Shown here: positions 1 through 11,391 of the stretch, piece by piece
Position numbering within the stretch: position 1 is the first letter of the stretch
How the letters are laid out: every line of letters begins with the position of its first letter
NCBI GenBank assembly: GCA_020184695.1
Contig: JAANOX010000128.1
Span: forward strand, 1 to 64,000
Reading direction: 5' to 3'
DNA: 64,000 nt
Source: Histomonas meleagridis 2922-C6/04-290x
Taxonomy: Eukaryota > Protista > Parabasalia
Made by a program: the position numbers and the translations under genes
Notes under the pieces: generated by a model
Told to the model about the DNA's origin: nothing
The model's input: the letters and a program-made list of their open reading frames with translations, nothing else
The model's database searches: none

Positions 1-1170
1 AGCGCTCAAAAAAGACAGTAGATATGGTCGAACAAACATAACGAGATTAAATACAACAAGTTTCCCTTAAAGCCTTTCTTGCCAACAAAGAAAGAGTATG
101 CCAAACCAGGAGAATCTTACAAATGCATCTAAGAAACCCATTTATTGATTATTCAATTGAGGGTATTATATTTTCTATCATTTCAAAAGAGGAGAATGTT
201 GATCCAGAGTTTCAACATCAAAATGGGGAAAAAATCGAAATATATTTAGAAAGGGTTGATGGAACTCATAAAGTTGTTTTTTGAGTTGAAAATGATCGTT
301 TCTGAAATGATATTATTTCCAAAACGGTTTCTATCGATTCAGATCGTGTAATATTTGGCCGGCTAATTATACGCATAAAATTTGCATTTCAATGGTTTAC
401 TCTAAAAAACAATTTTCCTAAAAAAACATACAAAATTATGTAGGATCTTCCTATAGATTTGGTAAAAATATTAAAAATTACAAGGTGTTGATGAATTTCC
501 CTTCAATAAATTAGGTATTGTACAAATTATTTTTTTTTAATTTTGAAAATTTTCGATAAATGTGGAATTCGTGTATTAATGGCTTATATCAAAGCTAGTT
601 CTTATACCATATCAAGGTTAGAACGAAATCATCAAATTTTACCAAATCTTTGTAAGTTACAAATATTTTAAAAAATCTTTTTAAACTTAATTTGAGCAAC
701 CCTAAATGGGAAGATAAACTTCAAACGGTTGAATGGCATTGATGGACGAAATCGTCACTTTTATGCCAGAATTTCGTTTTATGGCTGTTATCTACTCCTC
801 TCAAAAAATATTGTGTAAAACATGAATATTTTTTAAACTAATTTGTTTTACCAGAAATAAAATCTTTTTATGTGCTTTATATCATATATATTTTATATAT
901 TATTAAAAGAATTGGAAATAATATTCAGGAATGCCTGTTTTCACCAGCCCACATCTTTTCACAGACCGAAATTGAATAAAAGGAAATTGAATGATGAATA
1001 TGCGGTATCTTCAGAAAAAGTATGGTCAATTTCTTTGAAACCGAAATCATATCTCAAAAACAAATTTTCGATGATTTATTTTTCTGGGCTTTTGTTGTGG
1101 GGAGCAAGATCCCTCAAAATCATAAATTCAAAAATTGAATATCAGATTAAAATTTCAGACAAATAACATC

Positions 1171-1914
1171 ATGACGAAAACAGACCAATACCCAAACCAT
1201 CAGGTAAAGAATAAGGCTGAGCAGAAGCCGACAGAAAGACAGCAGTTCGGTTCTTTGATCCACAGAATCATTCGCCAATTCGAATTGACGAAAAACATAC
1301 CAGTTCGATTTTCAGATATTGCTGATTGTGACAAAAGAAGACAATCAGACCTGTACAACATCTTAGAAGGACTTGAAGTTTTTGGCCACTATTCTGATAA
1401 GTTAATTATTTGGAAAGGATTAAGTGCAACCTCTGCTTCTCTTATTAAACATGGGATAAAGAATGAGCTTAGAGCTCTGGAAGAACCTATAACTTCCATT
1501 TTCAGTGCTGGTCCGTCTCCTTCACTAACGTCGCTTGTCAAGAAATTTTTGTCCCTCTACGTTTTTCTTGGTGTTGATTGCCTCAATATCAAAGAAGTTG
1601 CCAATTTAATGGGTGATTCCCCAGAACAAGCAAAAAAAATTCTTCGAAGATTATATCTTATTGTTTTTGTCCTTGAACAGGTCGGAGTATTAGAGCACGG
1701 ATTTGCATATTCTCAATATGTTCTGAAACAGCCACTTTCTGTTATCATTCCATCTATTTTTCAAGAAGTTGCAAGACTCAGATTATTCCCAGATGAATCT
1801 GTTGAAGCTTTGCTCAACCGTATAGATGATGTATACATCAAGGTAATTCACCACGGAAGAAAAGAGAGTTACTCAATTGCTGTTAAAAGATTTTCAATAA
1901 TCACAAAAGATTGA
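1171..1914 (+). CDS. Atypical E2F/DP-family transcription factor with two tandem winged-helix DNA-binding domains (E2F7/8/DEL-like)
   Basis: Domain 1: FGSLIHRII...KRRQSDLYNILEGLEVF...IIWKG. Domain 2: SLTSLVKKFLSLY...LRRLYLIVFVLEQVGVLE. Both resemble the E2F consensus SL..L..KF...RRxYDI.NVLEG.G...I.WKG. Start set at ATG 1171 rather than the track's upstream start. Confidence 0.75.
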   Translation: MTKTDQYPNHQVKNKAEQKPTERQQFGSLIHRIIRQFELTKNIPVRFSDIADCDKRRQSDLYNILEGLEVFGHYSDKLIIWKGLSATSASLIKHGIKNELRALEEPITSIFSAGPSPSLTSLVKKFLSLYVFLGVDCLNIKEVANLMGDSPEQAKKILRRLYLIVFVLEQVGVLEHGFAYSQYVLKQPLSVIIPSIFQEVARLRLFPDESVEALLNRIDDVYIKVIHHGRKESYSIAVKRFSIITKD

Positions 1915-2991
1915 GAAATAATCTCACATTTACTTGTTTAATTAAATTTCCCAATCATCAAATTTTACCTTTTATTAGCTCCTAAAGCATTTATTCTTCG
2001 CAATATTTTTGTTTTATTTCATCCATGAGACAATTAATTCCATTCAAAAATTTCCCGATCATCTTTTCAAAAATCAATGATTGAATAAAACGCTAAAATC
2101 ACAGCGGTTTTTGAGGGTGAAACGTTCATTCAAAATTGTATGATTTGTCCTCTGAATTTTGATAAGGTTTTATGTCTGCTGTTTATCGTTTGCGGCAATT
2201 CGAGGAATTTGAAGGTTAACCTCTCAGTGAAGTTCACATATAAAAAAGTGTCATTTTATTTTTGAACGTTTAAAAATAATTCATTCTGTGTTTTTCAATA
2301 GTTTATTTCAATATTGAAAAGACACTTTTGAATAACATACATTTTTATGACAAATTCCTGTCAAGTGTGTGTGTGTTGAATATGTGATTTATTTACAATT
2401 TAATTAATAACACATCATCATCAAAACAAAGTTTTAACTATTTTTGCTGAAAGTCATTAAAAAGTGCTTTAAAGCACAAATTTTGTCGCATATTTAATTT
2501 TATTGTAGCAATTTGGGTAGAATTATAAAACAATATCTGGCTAAACAGAAAAAGTTCCATGTGAAAATATGATGTATAATCGAGGTATTAATTATAATTA
2601 ATGATTTTTATTCCAATTTCATAATATCTAAGATCTCCATTAAGAATCAATTAGAGAAGTTCGAGATGTCAAGCTTTAGGTTTTTGTCGTTATTCATATT
2701 AAAAGCGTGAATTGAAACGTTTCAACGGTGTGTGTTATATTGCCGATACACTTCTATTTGAATTTTTATTTGACACATACAATTAAATTCATATAAATTG
2801 AAATGAAATGAACATTCATTATTTTCGGCCATTTAAATACTCAAAAAGTAATAAAAGGTTTCACTGAGTCTGTTTATTAATATCTATCGTTTCCATATCT
2901 CTCTGTTGATTAATTTGGGCCCAAATTAAAGTGAAAATTTTAATGGGTTTAGTGACTTGCTGTAAACCTTCCTTAATCTTTCAATTTTCAG

Positions 2992-5900
2992 TTACAAAGC
3001 ATTTCTTAACCATTTCAAAAAACTTTGATTATCATCAAACAAAGGTTTCCAAGTATCCTTAAATATATCCTTTATCTCATTTATTTTACTCATTTTTTTC
3101 TCGAAACTTTCAGCGAACTTCATCCAATATTCCCATAATTTTGCACAATTATTTTTCATTTCACTTTCAAAGTCAAAATTTGGTTTCTTTAACATATAAT
3201 TCATTTCATTTACAATTGCAAACATTATTAAAATTTCTTTTAATTCATCAAATAATTTTTGATCATTTAAATCATTTGGAATTTTTAATGAATGAATATA
3301 TTTCTTTAATATATTTTCTCTGTTTCTTTCCCATTCATTTAATGACATTAACCATAAACTTAATGGAAACGCATCAGTCGAATTATTTTCATCAATTAAA
3401 ACTTCATTCATTTTATTTCTAAAATTATTAATGTCTTCTTTATCTAAAAAGATAAAACCCGAATATAAAATAAATGGAATTAATCCAACTGTATTTACAA
3501 ATGTTCCACCTCCTTTTGTTATTTCAATTCTCTTCGAATTTAAATTAAAAAGATGAAACTTTAAATCATTAAAAATATTATGAAATAAATTATTTTTATC
3601 ATTTTCACAAATATCATAATAATAACGAGCTAATGCTTTCCTATATTCTTCATTTGATATAGTATTTGAAGGTATAGGAAAAATAGAGTTACAACATCTT
3701 TCACAATTTCGAACTTGGGCTGCTTCCCATTCATTAAGTTTTGAAATTCCACTTTTTGTATCCTGAATGTGACACTTTTCGTGTATACCAATGAAATGTG
3801 TTGATGTAACATAATAATTATCAATTGGTGACAAAAAAACATAAAATCCTAAAATATCATTCGGCATATAATTATAACCTTCTTTACAAATACAACATTC
3901 CCAATCATTATTGTCATCAATTTGATTAAGAAGTTGAGAAAATGAATTATTTTTTATTAGATTTAAAATTTTTTCTTTTTCTATTTTTGCGCGTTTTTTA
4001 TTTTCGATAATTTGTTTTTCATTAATTTCATTAAAAATTAATGAAATGATTGAAGGCTTTATTAATGATCTCTTATGAATTAATAAAGCAAGTTCACCAA
4101 TAGAATTATTTGAAGAAACTTTTTCAAGTTTTAAAATTAAAGGAATTAAATTATAATCAATAAATAATTGTTGAGTTTTTTGATGAGTTGATACCATTCC
4201 AGCTATAGTTTTAAGTAATGCTGGCAATGAAACAACATTAATATTTTCTTTCCATTTTAATGAGTTTATATTTTCATTTAATGGGAAAAGTTCAATTAAA
4301 TAATTAATTGCATCGAAAATATATTTTTCTTTAAATATAAAATCGCGAATTTTATTTCCTTTTTTATTTAATGGAATTGTAACTATAAATTCACCAAATC
4401 CATTTAATAAGATTATCGAATTATATTTTTTAAATATATTTATTGATATTTCTTTAGGTTGTAAACCATTATTAAAAAATTTTATAACTTTTCCAATGAG
4501 AAAATAAGATTTCGTTAAAATTGGTGAAATTAATGCTAAAATTGGTGAAAGTAAAATTTGTTCATTATTTATAACAACATTAGAATTTAATGATTGTAAT
4601 ATTATATCAATATGTATTTCAGGTGTTTTATCATTAAATGATTTATTATTAATAAATTTAGATAAAACATTTATTAGTTTAAGAAACAAATTTATATTTA
4701 TATCCAAACTTTTAATTAATTCATTAAATAAATCAAAAAGTATTTCAATTGCATTAAATTTAAGCATTTCTTTTATATTAGTTTTAATAGAAACAAATGC
4801 TTCCAATACATAAATTGCTTCATTAAAATAATTTGTCGATTTATCTTTTTTAAAAGTATTTAAAAATATTTCAAATCCATTATTTCGAATTAAAACTTTT
4901 GTGAAATTAAAATTCTTTTTTTCTTCATTTTGATTATCTTTTGAAGGAATTGTGTTAATTATTGGTTCAGTAGCTTCGCCATCTAATCCTTGAAGTCTAA
5001 ATATAATTAACATTGGCGTTTCACCATTATTTGGTACCCAAACATGTTTATAAACTTCATCTACTAATAAATCTAATGATATAATATTTCCTTGTACTAT
5101 TAATTCCATTCCATTATCATCATTAAACATTCCAATCATTCCAAGATCATTACATATTTTATTTTTTACATCTCTCATTAATGGTCCAAATGTTTTTGAC
5201 ATGATTGGAGTTTTTGATAATCTTCCAGGAATATAATCTTCTTGTGATCTAATTTTTTGGATTATAATTGGAAAATTAAGTAATTCGGGTTTAGGATATA
5301 AAAATTTTGAGATTTCACTTATAACTAAGAAATGATTATATTTTATACATTTGATTGATGTTAACATAAATATTTCAGGACCAATAACATTTAAAAATGT
5401 AATCTTATCTTCTTCATCTAATATTAATTTTTCTTTTATTATTAATTTAATATAATTAGAAAGAATTAACTTAGAATTTATTAAATAATTTGATCTTTGA
5501 ATGATGATTGTTATAATGATAAAATATATTTTCATAAGTTTTTGAATGAAATTGATTTTATATTTTAATAAATATCGAATTGTTATATCATTAAAGAAAT
5601 ATATTCCTAATAATTTTGCCAAAAAATTAATGGAATATCCGATTGATAAGTTTAAATAAAGACTTTTTTCTAAAATTATAATTTTTTCTGTTTCTTTTTC
5701 TATAAGTAAGATGATTTTATCAAAAAGTTCTTTTGGTATTAAATAAAAATATTTCTTTTCATTTTTAAATATTATATAAAGACAATTACAAACTTTATCA
5801 TAATCATCTATATATAATACATTAATTGATAGAATAATGTTAACTAAAAAATTTGTTATTACTTTGAAATGATGCTTTGAAATACTTGAAGCGTTAATTA

Positions 5901-8775
5901 AATAATCCATAATTTCATTTCGAATTATGTTTGATTTACAATTAATAAGTAAAATTTTTAATGAATTTAATGGAATTAATTTAATTATATCAATGATTTG
6001 TAATTGTTTATTCCATTTATTAAAAACATTATATTTTTGATATGTATCTTGATTTCTTAATATTAAAGGTGAAGAAAAAATGGATAAAATTAATGGATAA
6101 AATAAATTTTGTAAATCATTTGACTCAAAAATAATTTCACTTGCAAATTTTATAGTTTTAAGAATTGATATTAAACGTTGTTTTTTAAATGAATCATTAA
6201 TACTTTCAAAGTAATAAAGAAGTTTTAATAAATGCGTTTTAGGATTAGGTAAAGAATATTTTAATAATTTAATGATTTCATTTGTAAAATTTGGTTGAAT
6301 TTTACAATATGCAACAAATGTATCAATTATAGTATTCGAAAATATTTTAATTTCTAAAAATGAAATCAAAAAAGTTATCTCATTAATTTCATATTTAGGT
6401 ATAACTTGTGAAATAAACTTCAAACATTCATTTATATAAGTTTTATGACAATTATAACAAACATTTTCATTAAACATTAAATTTTGTGAATTTTTTTTAA
6501 GATTAATATAAGAAGCAATTGAATTACGTATTAATAAAACATGTTGAACATTTAATGTTAATTCTTGATTTAATAATTTACATTTATCATTATAAAGGTT
6601 ATTTAACATTTTAATTTTATCATTTAAAAGTATATTATTTGTGGGTAATAAAATTTCATTAATTAAATCTTTAGTATTTGTTAAAGTTCTATAAATATCA
6701 TTTATTTTATTCATTAATTCATCATATTTTATTAATGACTTTTCCAAATCTTTATTAGAATTTATTTTTATATTCGAAAATGAATTTATTGCTGTTATAT
6801 TCCATTCTAAAGTTACATAATTTGAAAATCCACATTCGCTACATAAAAATCCATCCAATTTATTATAGTTAATATGTCTACAATTCCGACAATGATATGC
6901 ATTTTCATGACATTTCGAACATATTCCAGATCGTTTATCAATTATTTCTGTATGACATAAAGGACAACACAAAACAATTTGATTTTCATTTTGATTTTCC
7001 CAAAATTCTTCGAAATGAATTTTAATTGATGTAACAAGTAATTGCAAAGGGAAAATTATTGATGCAAATTTTTCATCACGTTGAAATTTTATATTAGAAA
7101 TATGTTTCCATTTAAAATTATTATTTAAAAGTTCATTTATATCTTCAACTTCTATATCAGAAATATAAATTTTTATAATTTTTGGGATTCTTAAGTTTTT
7201 CTTTATTGTCATTGATAAGAAAATGTTTGTAATTAAAAATGGATTTTTTAATTTATAATATAATGTGTCATGGGAATATTTTGAATATAATACAATTTGA
7301 TCAAGTGAATATTTCGTTGGTGATATTTCTGGATTATTACATATATTACATGGTTGTGAATCTAAATAAGATGCTGAAACCTCAATGAATTTAGATAATT
7401 GTGTATAAATATGAAGATTTGGATGCGTTTTAATAAAATTGAATTCTATTTTTAATGTATCAATTAAAATTTGAATAATTTCATTACATGTTTTAATTTT
7501 TAAAAATAGTTTTGATAAAAACATAAAAAACATTGATGAATGTGATCCAAATTTAGAAATATTTGGAATAGAATTAATTACAATTGGAGAAATTAAATTT
7601 GGTTGAAGCAAAAGCAAATCTGAAAGTCTTTCTTTCAATTGATTTGAATTTGATGAAATAAACAATTGAAAAATTTGTGTGTAATCGGTTAATTTGATTT
7701 TTCCAATATTTAATAAAGTTGCACTTATAATAACGCAATTTTTATCATAATCGCTCATTAATAAATATGTTAAACTTTTCGTTGTTTCAATATTATCATT
7801 TAAAAAAGATTTCCAATTATTAGATCGAGATTCAGCAAGATCTAATATATAATGAAGTGTTTTAGATAATCGAATTAAACTATTATATTCTAAATGCTTT
7901 TTGAAAAATTTTGTTTTTTGTGATTTTCGAATAATATGTTTAGAATAAATGTGATATTGTTTAGTATCATTATATCGATTAGCTTTACTTTCATCTCCAT
8001 AAAACAATTTAACTAATACTCGATGAGATAAAGATGAAAGATAATTAGTTTTGGAGTTACATAATTTTTGAACTTTTTCTTTAAGAGGTTCAATGCTTTC
8101 CTGATTGAAGTTAACCAATACACGTAAAAGGAAACGAAGTATCGACATATGTAATAATAAAGTAATATCTTGAAATAAGTTTGCAGAAGGAAGATAATCT
8201 AATGGAAGTGGAACAAGGAATGATATCATATCAACAACAGAAAAATCCGAAATAGAAAATTTAATATTATTTATAAAATCTTTTTTATCAAGCAAAACAT
8301 TCAATTTGATAAAAAGATCATTCATTTCAATTGATAAAGGAATCTCAATTCCAGAATCAATAAGTCTACTAACTAAGCAAAGAATTCCAATAACAAAATG
8401 TATCACATTTGGAATATCATAATCAATATTTATAATGAAATCAAAAAGACATTTAAAAATGTATATATTTTTAAATTCTTCTAAATCATCTGATATTTTT
8501 CTAGAGGAAATAGAATATAACAAATAAAGCCATTTATATGAAGAAATTGGAGAATATGAAATTATTTGATTTTTGTTTATATTTAAAGGAGATAAAGAAA
8601 TTATTTCACGTATTGATACGAATGTATAAATACAATTTAAACATGGTCCTCTATTTAAAAAATTTGCAGCTTTGTAAAAGAAAAGGTTTTGATCAACATT
8701 CTCATTAGTAATAAAGTCTGTGATTGGAGGTGATTTGTTTGTTTTTTCGTAATTTAGTTGAAGAAGTTTCTCCAT
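2992..8775 (-). CDS. UBR4: UBR4/BIG/Pushover-like E3/E4 ubiquitin ligase, compact form (1927 aa)
   Basis: UBR4 signature blocks: PCNICNNPE; ENAYHCRNCRHINY...FLCSECGF; QEDYIPGR...GPLMRDVKNKIC...GMELIVQGNIISLDL.V.EVYK.VW; C-terminal CCICKEGY...LGFYVF...HEKCH...EWEAAQVRN...CNSIFPI. Confidence 0.9.
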   Translation of the reverse strand: MEKLLQLNYEKTNKSPPITDFITNENVDQNLFFYKAANFLNRGPCLNCIYTFVSIREIISLSPLNINKNQIISYSPISSYKWLYLLYSISSRKISDDLEEFKNIYIFKCLFDFIINIDYDIPNVIHFVIGILCLVSRLIDSGIEIPLSIEMNDLFIKLNVLLDKKDFINNIKFSISDFSVVDMISFLVPLPLDYLPSANLFQDITLLLHMSILRFLLRVLVNFNQESIEPLKEKVQKLCNSKTNYLSSLSHRVLVKLFYGDESKANRYNDTKQYHIYSKHIIRKSQKTKFFKKHLEYNSLIRLSKTLHYILDLAESRSNNWKSFLNDNIETTKSLTYLLMSDYDKNCVIISATLLNIGKIKLTDYTQIFQLFISSNSNQLKERLSDLLLLQPNLISPIVINSIPNISKFGSHSSMFFMFLSKLFLKIKTCNEIIQILIDTLKIEFNFIKTHPNLHIYTQLSKFIEVSASYLDSQPCNICNNPEISPTKYSLDQIVLYSKYSHDTLYYKLKNPFLITNIFLSMTIKKNLRIPKIIKIYISDIEVEDINELLNNNFKWKHISNIKFQRDEKFASIIFPLQLLVTSIKIHFEEFWENQNENQIVLCCPLCHTEIIDKRSGICSKCHENAYHCRNCRHINYNKLDGFLCSECGFSNYVTLEWNITAINSFSNIKINSNKDLEKSLIKYDELMNKINDIYRTLTNTKDLINEILLPTNNILLNDKIKMLNNLYNDKCKLLNQELTLNVQHVLLIRNSIASYINLKKNSQNLMFNENVCYNCHKTYINECLKFISQVIPKYEINEITFLISFLEIKIFSNTIIDTFVAYCKIQPNFTNEIIKLLKYSLPNPKTHLLKLLYYFESINDSFKKQRLISILKTIKFASEIIFESNDLQNLFYPLILSIFSSPLILRNQDTYQKYNVFNKWNKQLQIIDIIKLIPLNSLKILLINCKSNIIRNEIMDYLINASSISKHHFKVITNFLVNIILSINVLYIDDYDKVCNCLYIIFKNEKKYFYLIPKELFDKIILLIEKETEKIIILEKSLYLNLSIGYSINFLAKLLGIYFFNDITIRYLLKYKINFIQKLMKIYFIIITIIIQRSNYLINSKLILSNYIKLIIKEKLILDEEDKITFLNVIGPEIFMLTSIKCIKYNHFLVISEISKFLYPKPELLNFPIIIQKIRSQEDYIPGRLSKTPIMSKTFGPLMRDVKNKICNDLGMIGMFNDDNGMELIVQGNIISLDLLVDEVYKHVWVPNNGETPMLIIFRLQGLDGEATEPIINTIPSKDNQNEEKKNFNFTKVLIRNNGFEIFLNTFKKDKSTNYFNEAIYVLEAFVSIKTNIKEMLKFNAIEILFDLFNELIKSLDININLFLKLINVLSKFINNKSFNDKTPEIHIDIILQSLNSNVVINNEQILLSPILALISPILTKSYFLIGKVIKFFNNGLQPKEISINIFKKYNSIILLNGFGEFIVTIPLNKKGNKIRDFIFKEKYIFDAINYLIELFPLNENINSLKWKENINVVSLPALLKTIAGMVSTHQKTQQLFIDYNLIPLILKLEKVSSNNSIGELALLIHKRSLIKPSIISLIFNEINEKQIIENKKRAKIEKEKILNLIKNNSFSQLLNQIDDNNDWECCICKEGYNYMPNDILGFYVFLSPIDNYYVTSTHFIGIHEKCHIQDTKSGISKLNEWEAAQVRNCERCCNSIFPIPSNTISNEEYRKALARYYYDICENDKNNLFHNIFNDLKFHLFNLNSKRIEITKGGGTFVNTVGLIPFILYSGFIFLDKEDINNFRNKMNEVLIDENNSTDAFPLSLWLMSLNEWERNRENILKKYIHSLKIPNDLNDQKLFDELKEILIMFAIVNEMNYMLKKPNFDFESEMKNNCAKLWEYWMKFAESFEKKMSKINEIKDIFKDTWKPLFDDNQSFLKWLRNAL

Positions 8776-9292
8776 TTAATTTGAAAATAATTTTATTTTC
8801 GTTGTTAAATAAAAATTTATAACCGTACAAAATTTTTGCTAACTGAAAACCATTTTCGATAATAATAATACTGAAAACGCTAATTATTTAAATATTGCCT
8901 CAAGAAATAAATCAATAAAATAAATTTAAATCACTATGGCTGTATATGTACATTTTAGATCATAACCTCAACCATCCCAATGATTTTTGAACATGTTTTC
9001 CTCTTACATAGCAGAAAAAAGTTAATATATTATTTTTTGATATTATATTATAATCAATTTTTAGCAATTCATAAAATGGTGACATAATAAACCACTCAAT
9101 TATCCAAATACGTGTAAAATCTGTTATGTTAATTAACCATTCAATCCCATACTTTTTGAATTACATTTGACATTTTGTAATTGATGCATGTGTTTCGATC
9201 GTCTGCCGCGGCAGGTCGTTCCTGAACAAGATTTTATCGTAAACTTTTTTCAATTAAACAGAATAATTGTATGTTTCCGTTAATCCAACTTA

Positions 9293-10760
9293 ATGCTTCT
9301 ATACTTTTTTCTATTTAATATATTTATCTATCATTTTTTTTTTAAAAATAATAGGAAAATATCTGCTTTAATGAGTGCGTCAACAGATAAATATACATTA
9401 TCACCAACCCTAATTCGATTTAAATCGAATAAATATTTAAATGAAAAACAAACATCCAAACCTTTACCTATCAATGTTTCTTCACTAACAATTACAAACC
9501 AAAAAACGCAAACTTTATCTCCCTTATTTACATTAATCGACACAATATCTGCAACGCATTTCGAAACATTATTTCTTAGATAAATATACAATATCACCAA
9601 CTCTAATAAATATAAACACATTAAGTGAATTATACACAGCAACATATTATATATCAACAATTTTTTCACCATCAATTACTAGTAATATTGTCAACATTGA
9701 AACGCAAACGATAACAAATACAATTCAAGAGACATCTATACCCACCACAACACATATTGTTACAACTATTCAGACAAAAACAGAGAGTCAAACAGAAACT
9801 TTAACACTTACATATACATATGTTATTGGAAGTGGATATATAAATACTTCCCAATTTGTTGTTTCAATGCTATCAATAGAAACAGATATATTAACTTCTT
9901 CAGATGTTTCATCACAAACAATGACTATTTCATCTGTAACAGTTACAACTCAAACAAGTACTCAAACATCTTCACCTATTGAATCAATAACATATGTTGA
10001 AACAAACATACAAACATTAACATATGAACTAACAGAAACAAATTCAAACTCACTAACATTATCATTCACAGAATCACAAACGATATTATTAACACAAACA
10101 ATTATAGAATCGAAAATTATTCTCACATCAGAAGTGTTAACTTTAACAAATTCATTAACTCTTTCATTCTCTTTTACAATTTCAATATTATTTCCACCTA
10201 CAGAAATAGAAGAAGAATTCACAGAAACAAATATCAAAACTTATATCAACACGAAAACAAGCTCAAACATCGAAACGAATTCAAACGTTGAAAAAAATTT
10301 ATCGCTGACTCCAACATTTTCATTAACAATAATTAAATCTTATTCATTAATCAATTCATTCATTTCACAATCATTTACATATTATATTATTGATGATAGT
10401 TTTACACTTATTAATTCTGAATTTATTTATTATGAATATACAATTATCTATTATTCTACTTATTTTTGTTTTTATAACGATTTTATTAATATTAACTCTC
10501 AAGATTCTGAAGCAAATAACCAAAAGAAAGTTAATGTATCAATGATTGTTGGTATTGTAGTTGCTGTTGTTGTTATTTTATTGGCGATAATTATAATTTT
10601 GATTAAATTTGGTACACCTAAAAAAACAGAAAGTGAAGAAATTCAAAATGAATTAGAGTATGGAAACAATGAAATTAATGTTCCAATACCAAACACTCAA
10701 ATTGATGAAGATCCATTTGCAAAAGATTTCAAAGAAGAAAGTTTTGTTATAAAATTATAA
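9293..10760 (+). pseudogene. Thr/Ser-rich type-I surface protein (BspA/Pmp-like stalk, TM, tail), interrupted by one frameshift near 9575
   Basis: Hydrophobic N-terminus in ORF 9293-9583. A second frame is open from 9489 to 10760 and carries the Thr-rich stalk, TM helix MIVGIVVAVVVILLAIIIILI and tail DEDPFAKDFKEE. Removing 1 nt near 9575 joins them into a 488-aa ORF. Confidence 0.7.
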
Positions 10761-11065
10761 TTGCATAATTACATTCAAACCAAATAAAAAACAGATATAT
10801 GTATGTTAGCCCGTAATTAAAAAAAACCTTAATAAATTTTGATTCGAATTATATTAGAATCAATGCATAATAACAGTTTTTTATACTATAATTTGGTTTT
10901 TGATTTTGGGTAAACGTTCTCTTATTCAATGCTTCCAAGATTTGACAAAAACTTTTAAATGTAGAGAAGGTACGCGTTAACAAAATGCTTGCGTACAGAT
11001 GTTTCTACAATTGCCATTTTATTAGACTTCGCCGCAAATTGGACACCATCTCAAAAACGACAGAG

Positions 11066-11082
11066 AACGGTTTAAAAGTGAC
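11066..11082 (+). promoter_or_regulatory. Adjacent Myb-like (AACGGTTT) and AAAGTGAC motifs resembling trichomonad core-promoter elements
   Basis: AACGGTTT at 11066-11073 and AAAGTGAC at 11075-11082, upstream of the Rab gene at 11392. Both motifs recur in intergenic DNA of this window. Confidence 0.35.
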
Positions 11083-11391
11083 ACTTATTTTACGCCTAAA
11101 ACGAAAAACACCAATTATAATGTCATGTACAAAACTGTATGTCGATTAATAAATGTTTTTATTGTTTCTGTCTTTTTTACCATGGATAAAAAGGTTCTCC
11201 CTCAAAACAGCATATTCAATTTTTCAGTGAGTATTAAGAAAAAATCATTTCAAAATTGCATTCAATGGCCATTTGCCGATCAAAAACAAGGCCCATCCAA
11301 AACGGTTAAAGGTGTGTTTTCAATACGTTAAATCAGTTAAATTTAATTCAATTTTAAAGGCAAATGACTTGTAAATAATACAATATCGTAG

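Noticed and set aside
870-1166. 98-aa ORF upstream of the E2F gene
   Set aside because: No recognisable features; it overlaps the E2F promoter and 5' region.
9489-9583. 25-nt short intron explaining the surface-gene frameshift
   Set aside because: No GT dinucleotide occurs in the overlap region.
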